Assembly (NCBI GenBank): GCA_024346625.1
Contig: AP024665.1
Span: forward strand, 1,922,001-1,986,000
Length of the DNA: 64,000 nt
Source of the DNA: Williopsis jadinii
Taxonomy: Eukaryota
Reading direction: 5' to 3'
The notes under the pieces were generated by a model, which saw only the letters and a list, made by a program, of their open reading frames with translations, ran no database searches and had not been told where the DNA came from. Of the stretch, positions 61,298 to 64,000 are shown piece by piece; the stretch's first letter is position 1, and every line of letters starts with the position of its first letter. Position numbers and translations under genes: made by a program.

Positions 61298-64000
61298 TCA
61301 TTTAGTAAAGCTGGTAAACTCCAAGTTCTTCAATATTTCGTTATCGTCGTCTTCTGTAAATTCGTAGCTGTTAACACTTGGTCCACGTCCATTACTCACA
61401 ACTCTATTGCCACTGGTAGAGCCCTTGTTGTTCAGCTGATCAAAGATACTCATTGTTGTATGGGCGTCTTTAGATGTATCCTGTTGAGCACTCGTTTTCA
61501 ATTCCTCGTGTGCTTTAATACTTCTCTCACGTATCATTTGTAGTTGGTTCATTCTGTGAGACCAGTTAGAAGCATATGACCCGTTTGAGTGCCAGACGTG
61601 TGCAAACTGGTTGGCAATCAGAGCGAGAGAACGAACAAATATCGGTAGATTCTCCTCAGAGATAATTTTGAAATGACATGTAGCAAACAAACCAGGAACC
61701 CCAGAGCGTCGGTGAATCTTGACTTTGTACTTCTTTATGCCCTTGTCTTGAGAGCCCGCTTCGTCCTTAGTTCCAAACGTTACAGAATGAGGTTGGATCA
61801 GGATGTTGAGGAAATTGAACTGCGACTTTATAACGTTGAATTGGAACGGATGACAGGATTCGTCAAAGAATATATTCACATAGTTGTTTCCAATATGGCG
61901 CTTCTTTGCAGAAAATCCTGGGTCGCTGTCATCTGGAGTAGGCATCAATGTTGTGGTATGTAAGATCAATTGCAAAATCTTGTCATTCCAACCATATGCA
62001 ATAGGGCCATCAACGTCGTTCTCAGTATCAAGACCGCCAACGTAGAATGACTTGCATCCTTTTAAAGTGATCGGTCTACCAATGGATGCCAAAAATCTGT
62101 CAAACTCAGCAGATCCCTTGGAGTTTCCAAGAATCTCCTGTTCGGTACTCTGACCTGGCCCAATGTAGAGCAATCCAACCTTGTGGAACTCAACAACAGG
62201 AATGCGGTCAAAATTGTTCAAAGATCTCGTGAACTGAGAATCATCTGGGATTGGGATAGGTTTGATCGACCTTGACGTCTCTGGATGGACAACCAGTTGA
62301 AGTAGCATGTAGTTAGCAGAAAACAAGTCCTCTCCGTCTGTTTTTGAGTGAAGTTGATTAGTGTAAAACGGAATCATAGATTCATCCGGTGTGATGCGGA
62401 AAACTGAGAATCCAGATGCACGACGAACAGCAACTATGGATTCACCGGTTTTTGCATGAGTATCTATGGTTATAATACTATTACCATAAACCCACTTCGA
62501 TGACAAGACAGGATCTTCAGATGCAAACCCTTGCGGTTTTATTGGTGAGAAACTCAACTCTAGATCTGAATAAGTGAAACGACTAATCAGATCAATAAAT
62601 GACATGTTCTGGTTGTTGATCTCAGATCCACGGTTCGACTGAGATAGTATCAGGTTCTTGATAATGAAGGATGAGAGCTGGCGTCTATCACTCAAACGCA
62701 TGTTCAAGAACCAATTGGCAATCACATCGTATGATAATGACAAAAGATATATGGAAATCACTGGCGTTACTTCAAAGTTTTCAGTTGAAGGGAGCAATTC
62801 GGCCTCTAACTCTTCTCCGTGTGTCAAAATACCGTGATGCTCGTTGTCCTTTACCTCTGAAATATCGTGTGCATATTGAATCAGTTTAAATGTGATGCCA
62901 AAGGCTCTTTTGAATTCATCCACAGTAAAGTTTGAGGTCAACGAAGGAATATAAGACAGTGCCAGGAGGAACTCTAAAATATGTGCACTTGCAAATGCAC
63001 TTGATATCCTTGTTTGCAATTTCGTCAATATCACCGAAAGGAACTTCTTCACGGACATTGGTAATTCATAGCAACAGATAGTCAAGATATGAACACATGG
63101 AATTGCCGTTTTCTCCCACGACGATAATCCGAACAAAAGGGCGTTGATGATTTGGTCCTCATCCTGTTTCGAAAACAGTGCGCTGTATGAGATAAGTGCA
63201 GTAAAGTTTCTGACAATAGCCACTTGTACATCCTGTTTGGTGGTGTGATCTGGTATACTCAAGCCTGATGGTAATTTCAATGTAAGTTGGTCGCACACCA
63301 ATGATCTGAATTTTCTGATACCATCACCACAGGATTCAAAAAGTGTTATATTTGAAAGTTGCGGACAAAAGTGCGAATAAATAAAGGAATAGATCTCCCA
63401 ATCTGGTGCAATTTCCAAGATTTGGATAACAATGGAGAGCCATAATTGAATATCGATCGTCGGTGTTGTTACCAACTTGTCTGAATTATAATCCATAATT
63501 GTCAATTCTTTAGAAGGTTGATCCAGTGTATCATGTGGTATAAATGAGATTTCCTCGGGGTATACCCATTTTTCGTCAAGACTCACAGATCCAGTTGCAT
63601 CGCTGGTCTTTCTCAAGTTCAGATTCCTGGAAAACGCAGCAGACAAACCATCCATATCCGTTGGATTTGTCAAATAAACCTGTTTCTTGGTTGACGCCCT
63701 AATTCTAACAAATAATCTCGACGTTGTCAACATCAAATCAACATTTTTTGTCTGCAAAGCGTGTTTCAAAACGTTTATAAGGAGATTGAATATGAATTGG
63801 GCCTTCTTTGCCTGTGTGCTTAAAGTCTTTGCAAAAAGTGTAACAAAGTTCTTGACGATAGCAAGGGTTGTCTGTTCAGGGAATGGTTTAACATCACTTC
63901 TATCCAGTCTTAAGCTGCTGAAACTTGAGGTTAAACTTGATCTCCTCTCTCTTGGTGTGGCTGCGCATAACCTTGGTAAAAAGTAACGCTCAGTTATTTT
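61298..64000 (-). CDS. TSC2: Tuberin (Rheb GAP), 5'-partial
   Basis: Frame open to the window edge; tuberin region (DWEIYSFIYSH, HILEFL); Rap-GAP domain HKVGLLYIG…GGLD…KKRHIGNNYV. Confidence 0.92.
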   Translation of the reverse strand, partial: KITERYFLPRLCAATPRERRSSLTSSFSSLRLDRSDVKPFPEQTTLAIVKNFVTLFAKTLSTQAKKAQFIFNLLINVLKHALQTKNVDLMLTTSRLFVRIRASTKKQVYLTNPTDMDGLSAAFSRNLNLRKTSDATGSVSLDEKWVYPEEISFIPHDTLDQPSKELTIMDYNSDKLVTTPTIDIQLWLSIVIQILEIAPDWEIYSFIYSHFCPQLSNITLFESCGDGIRKFRSLVCDQLTLKLPSGLSIPDHTTKQDVQVAIVRNFTALISYSALFSKQDEDQIINALLFGLSSWEKTAIPCVHILTICCYELPMSVKKFLSVILTKLQTRISSAFASAHILEFLLALSYIPSLTSNFTVDEFKRAFGITFKLIQYAHDISEVKDNEHHGILTHGEELEAELLPSTENFEVTPVISIYLLSLSYDVIANWFLNMRLSDRRQLSSFIIKNLILSQSNRGSEINNQNMSFIDLISRFTYSDLELSFSPIKPQGFASEDPVLSSKWVYGNSIITIDTHAKTGESIVAVRRASGFSVFRITPDESMIPFYTNQLHSKTDGEDLFSANYMLLQLVVHPETSRSIKPIPIPDDSQFTRSLNNFDRIPVVEFHKVGLLYIGPGQSTEQEILGNSKGSAEFDRFLASIGRPITLKGCKSFYVGGLDTENDVDGPIAYGWNDKILQLILHTTTLMPTPDDSDPGFSAKKRHIGNNYVNIFFDESCHPFQFNVIKSQFNFLNILIQPHSVTFGTKDEAGSQDKGIKKYKVKIHRRSGVPGLFATCHFKIISEENLPIFVRSLALIANQFAHVWHSNGSYASNWSHRMNQLQMIRERSIKAHEELKTSAQQDTSKDAHTTMSIFDQLNNKGSTSGNRVVSNGRGPSVNSYEFTEDDDNEILKNLEFTSFTK

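Noticed and set aside
1..64000. CRISPR arrays, rRNA, intact transposons or bacterial operons
   Set aside because: Eukaryotic DNA with spliceosomal introns; no repeat-spacer arrays, rRNA, or transposase/RT ORFs seen.

Overview
Gene-dense chromosomal window of a budding yeast (Saccharomycotina). It reads in the standard code (CTG at conserved Leu positions), keeps TSC2, a respiratory complex I subunit and short spliceosomal introns, and so is not S. cerevisiae or a CUG-Ser species; a Cyberlindnera/Wickerhamomyces-type yeast is my inference. About 32 protein genes and 3 tRNAs (Gly-GCC, Glu-UUC, Pro-UGG) are supported. Gene order interleaves S. cerevisiae sister regions: RTT106/YNL208W/RIO2/SSB/MER1/BRE4/OST4/PEX17/RRG9/VID27/MRX7; CRC1/MIC27/PIN2/POL1/VAM3; YOR296W/UAF30/RRS1/FUS2/PEP5. 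Reading the DNA gave six introns and one small gene (OST4) that the ORF track misses or mis-starts. The most unusual part is 7.7-12.5 kb: four co-oriented, TATA-bearing small low-complexity genes (two YNL208W paralogs, a PQGY-repeat glycine-zipper protein and a 90-aa protein that is about one-third His). Also notable: an intron-split MER1-like KH gene, a PAP2 protein lacking both catalytic histidines, and an orphan Myb/SANT-like repeat protein between FUS2 and PEP5. All identifications come from recalled motifs and synteny; no searches were run.
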